Assembly: GCA_039920165.1 (NCBI GenBank)
Contig: JBDSEG010000293.1
Location: 1-60,309, forward strand
Length of the DNA stretch: 60,309 bases
Reading direction: 5' to 3'
From: Burkholderiaceae bacterium
GTDB lineage: Bacteria > Pseudomonadota > Gammaproteobacteria > Burkholderiales > Burkholderiaceae_C
The notes below the pieces were generated by a model. The model had not been told where the DNA came from. It made no database searches and saw only the letters and a program-made list of their open reading frames with translations. Below are positions 35,497 through 44,007 of this stretch, in pieces. Position 1 is the first letter of the stretch, and the number at the start of each line of letters is the position of its first letter. The translations under genes were made by a program, and so were the position numbers.

Positions 35497-37341
35497 TCAT
35501 AACCGGGTCAGATCCGGTCCCCCGCTCGGGCCGAACCAGGCCCGGGCGTACGACCGCCGCGCCGCCGCTTCGGCGTTGCGGTCGCCTTTTTGCCGGTACA
35601 CCTCGGCCAGCCCCGCGAGTGCCCAACCGTTGTTGCGAACGCGGGCCAGCGAATCGCGGAACGCGCGTTCGGCATCGTCGAGCCGGCCTTGGCGCAGCCG
35701 CACGCCGCCGAGCGACTGGCGCACCGGGTAATACCAGTACGGCGGCTCGGTATAGCTCAGACCGTCCTCAAGCGCGATCGCTTCCTCGTAGGCCTTGCCG
35801 GCGCCGTTCAGGTCGCCGGCCGCGTCGGCGATCCGGCCGGCGGCGACCAGCCGCGCGGTCTGCAGGATCGCCTTCGCCGGCACGCCCCACGCGTCATAGG
35901 GTTTGAAATCGGCCTTCGCTTCAAGCTCGGCGATGGCAGCGGTCTCGGTGCGTGCCGCGGCGGCGTCCTTCTTTCGCGCCAGCGCCACCGCACGCGCGTA
36001 GTGGCGCATCGCTCGAACGAGCACGAGTTGATCGTCGGGCGCGGCGAGCGACAGGACCGTGTCGGGATCGGCGAACTGGAGCTGCGTGGTGTAGGGCGCG
36101 GCCTTCACCGGCTCCATGATCTGGAACTCTTTTGCGAGTTCGTCGGGAACCGAAGCGTCGAGCTTCTTGGCCGCGTCGATCGCGGTCGCGGCGTCGCCAC
36201 CCATCTGCGCCGAGACCATCACGAAGTGGATGTTGTGCGGGTAGTACGCGCCCCTGTACATCGGGTCCGAGGGCGAGGTCTTGAAATATTTCTCGTCGAT
36301 GGCCACCGCGCGCTTGTTGGTATCGAGCGAGCGCCGGTACTGGCCGACGCGGTAGTAGATGTGCGCCGGCATGTGCACGACGTGGCCAGCGCCCGGCATC
36401 AGCGCACCGAGCCGCTCGGCAAACGGCAGCGCGCGTTCGGGCGTGGTCGAGGCCTCCACCGCATGAATGTAGAGATGGATCGCGCCGGCGTGGGTCGGGT
36501 TGCGCCGGAGCACCGTCTCGAGGTCCGAGACGATCTCGGCACCGCGCCCTTTCGGCATCGCGCCGCCGGGCTCCCAGTAGTCCCACGGCTGGGTGTCCAT
36601 GGCGCTTTCGACGTACAGCGTGCGCACGGTATCGTCGCCCGGGAAGCGCTTTGCGACCTGTTTCATCGCATCGGCATACGCCGCGTCGAGAACCGCCCGC
36701 TCGGCCTTCGGGTCGTCCGAATAGCGCTGCTGAAGCGCCTCGATCAGAGCCCGCTCCCTGGCGCCGGCACGATCCTTCAGCGCAACCGCTTTCGCGAGCG
36801 CGGCAAGCGCCGGCGCATTCGCCGGCGCCATCATCGGCGCGTTGATATTCGGGCCGAGCACCAGCGCCTCGCCCCAGAAGCAGGCCGCGCAATGGGGGTC
36901 GAGCTGCTGCGCCGTCTGGAAAGCGCGTTGCGCCTCGGCGTGGTTGAACCCGAAGGCCAGCCGCAATCCCTGGTTGAAATAGGTCTGCGCCCGCGGCTGG
37001 CGCGTGGTGATTCGCCAGGACAGGTTGCCAAGGTCGGGGTACAGCGGCACGGCACCGACCGCAGCCTGCATCGGTTGCGGCTGGAACGGCGCCGTCTCGG
37101 TCTTCGCCACGGCAAGGAGCAGTCGATACGGCTTTGGCTTCGCGACGCCGAACATCGGCCCGCAGCCGCTCGCACCGCCGCCGTCGAGCAGCGGGTCGAA
37201 AGTGGGATCGGCGGCAGTAGCTGCGGCGGTGCGGCCGACGCTGCGGCGGTCGGCGACCGACAGGCTGGCCAGCAGCAAACCGGCGGCGGCCAGCGCCAGC
37301 GCCAAGCGGCGCAGCGAACGATGCGTGGGGTGTGGCAGCAC
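35497..37341 (-). CDS. Secreted tetratricopeptide-repeat protein
   Basis: GTG at 37341 with GGAGG 8 nt upstream gives signal peptide VLPHPTHRSLRRLALALAAAGLLLASLS. A conserved HMPAHIYYRVGQY block and TPR-like C-terminal repeats are present. Confidence 0.7.
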   Translation of the reverse strand: MLPHPTHRSLRRLALALAAAGLLLASLSVADRRSVGRTAAATAADPTFDPLLDGGGASGCGPMFGVAKPKPYRLLLAVAKTETAPFQPQPMQAAVGAVPLYPDLGNLSWRITTRQPRAQTYFNQGLRLAFGFNHAEAQRAFQTAQQLDPHCAACFWGEALVLGPNINAPMMAPANAPALAALAKAVALKDRAGARERALIEALQQRYSDDPKAERAVLDAAYADAMKQVAKRFPGDDTVRTLYVESAMDTQPWDYWEPGGAMPKGRGAEIVSDLETVLRRNPTHAGAIHLYIHAVEASTTPERALPFAERLGALMPGAGHVVHMPAHIYYRVGQYRRSLDTNKRAVAIDEKYFKTSPSDPMYRGAYYPHNIHFVMVSAQMGGDAATAIDAAKKLDASVPDELAKEFQIMEPVKAAPYTTQLQFADPDTVLSLAAPDDQLVLVRAMRHYARAVALARKKDAAAARTETAAIAELEAKADFKPYDAWGVPAKAILQTARLVAAGRIADAAGDLNGAGKAYEEAIALEDGLSYTEPPYWYYPVRQSLGGVRLRQGRLDDAERAFRDSLARVRNNGWALAGLAEVYRQKGDRNAEAAARRSYARAWFGPSGGPDLTRL

Positions 37342-37460
37342 GGTACAGCCCTCCTTGAACGGGGTGCGACGGTCAAACTCGCAGGTGCCCTGCCGGCGGG
37401 ACCGGACCGTCTCAACGGGTCCCGAGGCATTACTGAAGCGTTGGTCGTCCTGCATTCGCG

Positions 37461-37628
37461 ATGCTGACACCGGCGAAGCCGCAGCGCAATGCGGCGTCGG
37501 GGCCCGCGTTCCGCGTTGCCAGCTTGATCAGGATGACCATCGGGTTGCCGTCGGCACTGGTGCAGCGCCTGATCGACCGCGACCTGATGACGAGGATCGT
37601 CAACGAGTCGGGCATCACGCGCGAGTAA
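37461..37628 (+). CDS. Small hypothetical ORF (55 aa), below the ORF-track size cut-off
   Basis: MLTPAKPQRNAASGPAFRVASLIRMTIGLPSALVQRLIDRDLMTRIVNESGITRE. By hand count, 51 of 55 third positions are G/C, which is coding-like for this genome. The overlapping 62-aa minus ORF 37430..37618 has no such bias. Confidence 0.4.
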   Translation: MLTPAKPQRNAASGPAFRVASLIRMTIGLPSALVQRLIDRDLMTRIVNESGITRE

Positions 37629-37647
37629 TGCGGCGCGCAGCGGGCTT

Positions 37648-38994
37648 TCAGCGCTCGCGCCCCGCCCGCCTCAGCACCTGCGTCACCGGCTCGACCAGAT
37701 ACTGCAGCGGCGTGCGCTCGTCGCCCTTGATATACACCTCGGCCGGCATGCCGGCCTGCAGCTTGATCTCGCCGGACTGTGCGAGCGAGCCGGCGTCGGC
37801 CTCGACCAGCGCGACGTAGTACGGTTGACCGGTGTTGCGGTCGACGGTGCGGTCGGGTGCGACGTAGAAGACCTTGCCTTCGACGAGGCGCGTCGTGCGG
37901 TACTGGAACGCGGTGAAGCGGATGTCGGCGCGCTGGCCCTGCGCGACCCGTCCCACATCCTCGGTGCGCAGATGCGCCTCGACAACCAGGCGCGGGTCGG
38001 TCGGCACGATATCGGCTATCGGTTCGCGCGGCGAGATCACGCTTCCCGGCGTCGTGAACTTGAGGTTGATGACCGCGCCCGCGACCGGTGCGGTGATGAC
38101 CTGGCGGGTCGAGGCGTCGAGCGTCTTGCGCTGCTCCTGCTGGATCTCGGCCAACCGCGCCGCGCTCACCTTCAGCTGGTCGCTCGCCTGCTGGCGGTAG
38201 TCGCCCTCGAGCGACTTGATGCGCAGGTCGGCGTCGAGCAGGCGCTGTTCGGCACGCGCCAGTTCGGAGCGCCGTTCCTCGAGCTTGACTCCGTAGTCGG
38301 CCACGGTCGCCTCGAGCTGCGAGATGCGGGTGGCCGAAATGAAGCCATCGTTCAGCAAGCGACGGTTGGTCTCGAGTTCGGCCTTCTGGTGGCCGAGCGA
38401 TTCGCCGGCCTGGGTGATCTGCGCCCGCAGCGCCGCTGCCTCCTGCACCACCTTTGCCTGCTGCGAACGCAGCAGCACCGACTGCCCGACGAGTGCGCCC
38501 CGCCGCGCGGCGAACAGCGCCTGCTCCTTGGTGACTTGCTCGGCCACGCGCGGATCGGCCTTGGCCGCCGTCGTCACGTCGGGCGGGAAAAGCAGCATGG
38601 GCGCCGAGAGCTGCTCGGCCTCGAGCCGCGCCAGGCTCGCGCGTTCGACCGCGACCCGATAGTCGAGCCGGTTCAGGTCGGCCGCGACCGCGACATCACC
38701 CAACACCAGCAACGGCTCGCCCTGCGCGACGCGCTGGCCGTCGCGCACCTTGACCTCGCGAACCGTCCCGCCCTCGGCGTGCTGAACCACGCGGCGGTCG
38801 AGATCGACCTTGACGAAAGCGCTGGCGACCACCGCCGCCGACAACGGCGCGAGCGCCAGCCAGGCGCCGACCGGCAGCAGCCCGAGCAGCAGCACCGCGC
38901 CGGCACGACGCGCCAGCCGGCGCGCATCGGCGAGTTGTTCATCGAGCGGCGACAAGGTCACCACGGTATGCAGTCCCAGGACGTCGGCGCTCAC
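37648..38994 (-). CDS. HlyD-family type I secretion periplasmic adaptor (membrane fusion protein)
   Basis: The GTG at 38994 overlaps the ABC stop (GTGA). A TM helix AVLLLGLLPVGAWLAL is followed by VVQHAEGGTVREVKVRDGQRVAQGEPLL, long coiled coils and a C-terminal barrel PAEVYIKGDERTPLQYL. Confidence 0.9.
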   Translation of the reverse strand: MSADVLGLHTVVTLSPLDEQLADARRLARRAGAVLLLGLLPVGAWLALAPLSAAVVASAFVKVDLDRRVVQHAEGGTVREVKVRDGQRVAQGEPLLVLGDVAVAADLNRLDYRVAVERASLARLEAEQLSAPMLLFPPDVTTAAKADPRVAEQVTKEQALFAARRGALVGQSVLLRSQQAKVVQEAAALRAQITQAGESLGHQKAELETNRRLLNDGFISATRISQLEATVADYGVKLEERRSELARAEQRLLDADLRIKSLEGDYRQQASDQLKVSAARLAEIQQEQRKTLDASTRQVITAPVAGAVINLKFTTPGSVISPREPIADIVPTDPRLVVEAHLRTEDVGRVAQGQRADIRFTAFQYRTTRLVEGKVFYVAPDRTVDRNTGQPYYVALVEADAGSLAQSGEIKLQAGMPAEVYIKGDERTPLQYLVEPVTQVLRRAGRER

Positions 38995-40733
38995 GAGACC
39001 TTCTCCATCGGCGCCGCGCGCGGCAGATTGACCACCTGCGCACCGCCCGCGACGGCCGCCGCCTTGGTCTGCATCGCCCGCATGACCTCGGCCACGCTGC
39101 CGTAGAGCGTGACCTTGCCGGACTCGAGGACGAGCATCTTGTCGACGTGCTGGGTGAGCGTCGAGCGGTGCGTCACGACGACCACCGTGACCTCGCCGCG
39201 CAGCCCCTTCAGGCACTCGGCCAGCGCCTGTTCGCCGGCGCCGTCGAGGTTGGCATTGGGTTCGTCAAGCACCACCAGCCGCGGATCGCCATACAGCGCG
39301 CGCGCCAGCGCGATGCGCTGGCGTTGGCCGGGCGAGACGATGGCCGACTGCGGATCGATGAAGGTGTCGTAGCCCTGCGGCAGCGTGAGGATGAGCTCGT
39401 GCACATGCGCGCGCTGTGCGGCGCGAACCACCTGCGCCGAATCGACCGGGCCAAGCCGCGCGATGTTCTCGGCCACGCTGGCGGGGAAGAGCTCGACATC
39501 CTGCGGCACGTAGCCGAGCCAGGGTCCGAGGTCTTCGCGCGGCCACTGCGCGAGGTCGGCCTGGTCGAGCCGCACACTGCCCGCGCTCGGCGCCCACACG
39601 CCGGTCAAGAGCCGCACCAACGTCGACTTGCCGGCACCGCTGGCGCTGACGATGGCGAGCGACTCGCCCGCTTCGAGCGCAAGCGACACGCCGGCCAGCA
39701 GCAGTCGCTCGCCCTGCGGCGCGCGGTAGACCAGGTTGTGCGCGACGAGCGCACCGGTCGGCGCCGGCAGCGACATGCGCAGAGGCTGCGCCTCGGCCGC
39801 ATCGAGCAACGCGACCAGGCGGCGGAACGCGGCACGCCCTTCGGCCAGGATGCGCCAGCTGCCGACGATCTGCTCGACCGGCGCGAGCGCGCGGCCGAGC
39901 AAGGTGGTGGTCGCGATCATCACGCCGGCGGTCGCCTCGCCGCTGACGACGAGCCAGGCGCCGAGTGCGAGCATGAGCACCTGGACCGCCTGGCGCACCG
40001 TGCGCGTGAGCGCCGCCATCGCCACCGACTTGGCGGCGGTCGGTTGCTGCAGCGCCGTGACCTCCGCGTTCTTCGATCGCCAGCGCGCGATCAGCGCATC
40101 GGTCATGCCGAGCGTCTGCGCGACCTCGGCGTTGTGCAGCGAGGCCTCGAGATAGCGCGTCGCGCCGGCAGCGGTCTTCTGCAGCGACTCGATATCGCGT
40201 CGGGTGACGAGGTCGTTGACGATCGCGAGCGTGAGCATCAGCAGCGCCGCGCCGAGCGCGGCGAAACCCAGCAGCGGATGCGCAAGCCAGATCACCGCCG
40301 CATACACCACCACCCACGGCGCATCGAAGAGCGCGAGCAGGCCCTGCGCCGAGAACAACGCGCGCAGCGAGCCGACATCACGCAGACTCTCGCCCGAACC
40401 GCGACCGTTGCGGCGCGCGCCCTGCGCGACGACGATCTTCGTCACCGCCGGCGACAGCGCCTCGGCCACGATGTTGCCGGCCACGCCCTGCAGGCGAGCA
40501 CGCAGATGATCGAGCGCGAACAGCAGCGCGAGCGCGATGCCGGCACCGATCAGCAGCACCGCCAGCGTCGCCCCGCTCTGGCTCGACAGCACCCGGTCGA
40601 AGACCTGCAGCATGAACAGCGCCGGGACGAGCAGGAGCAGGTTGACGAAGAAGGACAGGCCTGCAACGTGGAGGAGCGGGCGGCGCAGCACGCCCAACAG
40701 TAATTTCATCGGCAACCCCGGGAATCTAATCAT
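38991..40733 (-). CDS. Type I secretion system permease/ATPase (PrtD/HasD class, no C39 or CLD domain)
   Basis: Motifs FFVNLLLLVPALFMLQVFDRVL, Walker A-region SASGAGKST, signature-region VSPGQRQRIALARAL, Walker B LVVLDEP and H-loop VTHR. ATG start at 40733, or ATG at 40709 (MKLLLGVL). Confidence 0.9.
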   Translation of the reverse strand: MIRFPGLPMKLLLGVLRRPLLHVAGLSFFVNLLLLVPALFMLQVFDRVLSSQSGATLAVLLIGAGIALALLFALDHLRARLQGVAGNIVAEALSPAVTKIVVAQGARRNGRGSGESLRDVGSLRALFSAQGLLALFDAPWVVVYAAVIWLAHPLLGFAALGAALLMLTLAIVNDLVTRRDIESLQKTAAGATRYLEASLHNAEVAQTLGMTDALIARWRSKNAEVTALQQPTAAKSVAMAALTRTVRQAVQVLMLALGAWLVVSGEATAGVMIATTTLLGRALAPVEQIVGSWRILAEGRAAFRRLVALLDAAEAQPLRMSLPAPTGALVAHNLVYRAPQGERLLLAGVSLALEAGESLAIVSASGAGKSTLVRLLTGVWAPSAGSVRLDQADLAQWPREDLGPWLGYVPQDVELFPASVAENIARLGPVDSAQVVRAAQRAHVHELILTLPQGYDTFIDPQSAIVSPGQRQRIALARALYGDPRLVVLDEPNANLDGAGEQALAECLKGLRGEVTVVVVTHRSTLTQHVDKMLVLESGKVTLYGSVAEVMRAMQTKAAAVAGGAQVVNLPRAAPMEKVS

Positions 40734-40737
40734 CCTA

Positions 40738-40762
40738 CCGCCCCACTTCGCAGGCGGGGCGG
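40738..40762 (-). promoter_or_regulatory. GC-rich hairpin just upstream of the T1SS ABC gene
   Basis: CCGCCCC-N11-GGGGCGG. It lies 5 nt from ATG 40733 and 29 nt from ATG 40709. Confidence 0.4.
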
Positions 40763-40803
40763 CAGGATTGCACGCCAGCTTCGAGCAGTTGAAGTAACAC
40801 GCC

Positions 40804-40822
40804 GATGAGGGGACCCCTCATC
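40804..40822 (-). terminator. Strong palindromic hairpin GATGAGGGG-A-CCCCTCATC downstream of the RTX gene (partial terminator or attenuator; no T-tract)
   Basis: Read directly. It begins 23 nt after the stop codon at 40846. Confidence 0.35.
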
Positions 40823-40845
40823 ACGGTCCCCCAGGATTTGGAAGC

Positions 40846-43800
40846 TCAGGAACCGATCCGGATGTCATTCCAGTCGAAGGTGTCGGTCGGGTTTGTCAAC
40901 GTTACGGTGGCCACCAAATCGCGCCCGGTGCTGGTTCCACCGTCGGTGTCGTAATACATATTGCCGGTTGAGCTCTCGTAAATCACGCGAATGTTTCCGC
41001 TCAGCGCCCCGAGATTCACAGCCGCCGCGCCGCTTGTCACGGCGATGAACTGGGAGGCCGAGAGGGCGCTGCCCACTGAACCCGCGAGCTGAGTGAAGTA
41101 GGCCAGCGACAATTCGAGAAAGTCGCCGTCGGTCGGAGACCCCGAAGCGTTGAAATCGACGATCGTGTCCGCGTTGACCTTGTCGCTGAAAACAAAGGTG
41201 TCGCTTCCGGCCCCCCCCACGAGCGTATCGATTCCTGCACCACCACTGAGCCTGTCGTTCCCGGAGCCCCCCACGAGAAGGTCGTTTCCGGTGCCACCCT
41301 TGAGCGTGTCTCCCGACGCGTTGCCGAAGATCAGGTCCTTCTTGGACGAGTTGTCCCCGCCAATCACGACATCGCCGCCTGCGCCGCCTGCCAACACGAA
41401 GTTTTTGTTGCCGCTGCCCGATGCATCCAGTGTCGTGATCAGTTCGTAGCTGCCTTCCAGTGCGTATCCGAAGTACGTTTGGCCGTTGGCAAACTTGATG
41501 TTTTCGATGGTGCTGGTGGTTGTGCCACCGGTGACGGCGTCCGCGTACTGGTTGAGAACTGTGATCTGCATGGCGTTCACGTCGATCACGAGGTTTCTGC
41601 CGACCTGCTCGAAGTTGAGGTTCGTCAGGGCGAGGTTGGTGGGCGCTCCAATATCTATCGTGTCGTTGCTGCCTCCGCTGTCTGAAATCGACTTGAGACC
41701 GGCGTCCGTTGACGCATTGAAGGCATACGTGTTGTTGTTGCTTCCCGTGTCGCTTATCGCAGTGGCATTCACGTTGATCGCCCGGGTATCCGTGTCCGTC
41801 AGGGCCGGCCCGCCGGTGTTGCCGTTGTCGTTTGTCACCATGGTCAGCGTATCTGTGCTGATGTAGCCATTGGTGCCGGCCACTGCCGCATAAGTCAGGT
41901 TGCTGCCAGCCAGTGTTGCATTGATCTGTGCCAGCGTCCCGTTCAGCGTGATCGACGAAGTGCCGTTGTTCGAGATCGTCGCGCCCCCTGAAACCACCGC
42001 CGCCGACAGCTTGCCGTTCAACACCGAAAGTGTCGTCGTCAGGATGCCGGTGCCGGCATCGGCATCGCTGACGCTCAGTCCTGTCACCGCCACCTTCGGC
42101 GCGGCGACCGCAAGCGGGGTAGCCGGCAAGGTATTCACCGGGGCGGTGTTGGTTGCCGGCTCGTCCTTACCGTTGATCGTCACTGTCACCAGCTGGCTCT
42201 TGCTGCCATCGAAAGACAGCGCGGTGAAGCTGTCGGTCAGCGACTGGTCGTTGTTGAGTGCCTGGATCGCCGCCAGGCTGTTGTTGGCGCTGTAGGTCCA
42301 GTTACCGTTGGTGGCGAGCGTAAAAGTGCCGTAGCCGTTGCTGCCGGTCGTTGCGCTTTGCAGCACAAAGCTCGACTGCCCGGCATCGGCATCACTGATG
42401 CTCAGTGCCCCGTTCGTCACGAGGTTGCCGCCGACGACGGCGGTGTCTTCGGTCACCACTCCAGTCGACGTACCACCGATCACGGCCACGTCGTTGGTGC
42501 CGTTGATGGTCACCGTCACGAGCTGGCTGGCACTGCCGTCACTCGACACCGCGGTGAAGCTGTCGGTAATCGACTGCGTGGCGCCGAGCTGCTGGATCGC
42601 GCTCTGGCTGTTGTTCGCCGTGTATGTCCATGCGCCATTGCTGGCCAGCGTGAAGGTGCCGTAGGTGCCCGCCGCGCTGGCTTGCGCGGTGAAGTTCGAC
42701 TGCCCCTGGTCAGCGTCACTGATGGTCAGCGAGCCGCTGGTCGTCAGGTTGCCCGAACCATTGACCGCGGTGTCCTCCTTGACGGTACTCGTGTTCACTC
42801 CTCCAATCACAGGCACGTCGTTGGTGCCCGTGATCGTGATCGTCACCACCTTGCTGGCCGAGCCGTCTTGCGACCACGCCGTGAAGCTGTCGGTGATCGT
42901 CGCGCCCTCGGGCAGCGCCTGCACCGCCGTGTCGCCGTTGCTCAGGCTGTAGGTCCACACCCCGTTGGCGCCCAGCGTGTAGCTGCCGTGGCTGGTGCTG
43001 CCAGACGCCGGCGTGAAGAAGCTTTCGCCGGTGTCGGTGTCCACGATCGTCAGCGTGCCGCTGGCGCTCAGGTCGCTTTCTTCCTTGACAGCACGGTCGC
43101 CCGTGGTCTCGCCGCTGATCACAGGCACGTCGTTGGTGCCCGTGATGGTAAACGTTATGTTCCGCGTCGCGGAGTCAGCCATGCCGTCGTTGACTTTCAC
43201 CGCATAGGTGACAGTCAGGCTCTGCCCGGCACGCAGGAAATCCAGGTTCGCAGCGCTCGGGTCGTATTTGTAGTTCACCGACAGCGCACCGCCCGTGGAA
43301 GTCTGGCTCGCGTTGGTCAGGCTAAAGGCACCGCTAGCGATCAGCGCCGCGGCACCGGCAGGCAGCGAAAAAGCAACCCCGTCAAGTTTCACGACCGGGC
43401 TGCCGACCACCGACGCGGTCAGCGTATTGCCAATGTCCAGGTCGGTGACCAAGAAACCTCCAGTGATCGCCGCCAGGTCCTGCGCAGATGCGTTGCCTAG
43501 TTCCACCACCGCCCCAGGGTCGGTCGTGTCATTGAGCACCGGCCCATCGTTCTTGCCGATGTACTCGACATACGCCGTCGCCCAGCTGAGCGTGCCGTTG
43601 CCCAGACGGATCGCATACGTAAAACTGTCAGTCAGGGTTTGACCTTCAGCAAGCGCCTGGAGTTGCGCCTTGAAGGTGGTGCTCAGAGCCGTCGCGCTGT
43701 ATCCGACCTTTCCGTCGTCAGTGATCCAAATCTTCGCGCCGTTCAGACTCGTATCGCTGCTCAGCGTCTCGGTTCTGGCGAAATCTTGAGTGAGCAGGTC

Positions 43801-44007
43801 AGCCGGCGCATAGATTTTCGTCGCGGTTGAATCGCTGATCCCGTCATCCAACGACCACAGCACCTTTGCCTTGCCTCCAAGATCGTTGGACATGACGTCC
43901 AGAATCACCGTCTTCAACCAATCTTCGGTCAGACCGGTCATCGCAGAGGTGAATATGTCGTCACCGGCTTGCGGGGTGTTGGTGAACGATGTCGAGTTGG
44001 TGGCCAT
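40846..44007 (-). CDS. Large secreted VCBS/cadherin-like repeat protein with C-terminal RTX nonapeptide repeats (T1SS substrate, adhesin-like)
   Basis: There are three ~110-aa repeats ending in ...TITGTNDVPVI / TINGTNDVAVI / TINGKDEP, each with GxYGTFTLxxNGxWTYxxNN...ITDSFT (VCBS-type). The RTX block is GNASGDTLKGGTGNDLLVGGSGNDRLSGGAGIDTLVGGAGSDTFVF. There is no Cys and no N-terminal signal peptide. The gene sits directly upstream of the ABC and MFP genes. Confidence 0.9.
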   Translation of the reverse strand: MATNSTSFTNTPQAGDDIFTSAMTGLTEDWLKTVILDVMSNDLGGKAKVLWSLDDGISDSTATKIYAPADLLTQDFARTETLSSDTSLNGAKIWITDDGKVGYSATALSTTFKAQLQALAEGQTLTDSFTYAIRLGNGTLSWATAYVEYIGKNDGPVLNDTTDPGAVVELGNASAQDLAAITGGFLVTDLDIGNTLTASVVGSPVVKLDGVAFSLPAGAAALIASGAFSLTNASQTSTGGALSVNYKYDPSAANLDFLRAGQSLTVTYAVKVNDGMADSATRNITFTITGTNDVPVISGETTGDRAVKEESDLSASGTLTIVDTDTGESFFTPASGSTSHGSYTLGANGVWTYSLSNGDTAVQALPEGATITDSFTAWSQDGSASKVVTITITGTNDVPVIGGVNTSTVKEDTAVNGSGNLTTSGSLTISDADQGQSNFTAQASAAGTYGTFTLASNGAWTYTANNSQSAIQQLGATQSITDSFTAVSSDGSASQLVTVTINGTNDVAVIGGTSTGVVTEDTAVVGGNLVTNGALSISDADAGQSSFVLQSATTGSNGYGTFTLATNGNWTYSANNSLAAIQALNNDQSLTDSFTALSFDGSKSQLVTVTINGKDEPATNTAPVNTLPATPLAVAAPKVAVTGLSVSDADAGTGILTTTLSVLNGKLSAAVVSGGATISNNGTSSITLNGTLAQINATLAGSNLTYAAVAGTNGYISTDTLTMVTNDNGNTGGPALTDTDTRAINVNATAISDTGSNNNTYAFNASTDAGLKSISDSGGSNDTIDIGAPTNLALTNLNFEQVGRNLVIDVNAMQITVLNQYADAVTGGTTTSTIENIKFANGQTYFGYALEGSYELITTLDASGSGNKNFVLAGGAGGDVVIGGDNSSKKDLIFGNASGDTLKGGTGNDLLVGGSGNDRLSGGAGIDTLVGGAGSDTFVFSDKVNADTIVDFNASGSPTDGDFLELSLAYFTQLAGSVGSALSASQFIAVTSGAAAVNLGALSGNIRVIYESSTGNMYYDTDGGTSTGRDLVATVTLTNPTDTFDWNDIRIGS
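41188..41391 (-). repeat. RTX Ca2+-binding nonapeptide (GGxGxDxUx) repeat block
   Basis: About 6 consecutive GGxGxD-type repeats in residues ~873-940. Confidence 0.85.
42169..43146 (-). repeat. Three tandem ~330-bp intragenic repeats encoding VCBS-like modules
   Basis: DNA-level similarity recurs with a 330-bp period, for example ...gctggc...gccgt...gcggtgaagctgtcggt... near 42178, 42508 and 42838. Confidence 0.8.

Noticed and set aside
35590-37467. 625-aa plus-strand ORF opposite the TPR gene
   Set aside because: It is an antisense shadow. The minus frame has a signal peptide, an RBS and TPR-family blocks.
37430-37618. 62-aa minus-strand ORF in the TPR/hlyD intergenic region
   Set aside because: The opposite-strand 55-codon frame has far stronger codon bias, so the minus ORF is probably its shadow.
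39147-40703. 518-aa plus-strand ORF opposite the T1SS ABC gene, and 37825..39105 opposite hlyD
   Set aside because: Both are antisense to genes with complete ABC and HlyD motifs. The products are low-complexity.
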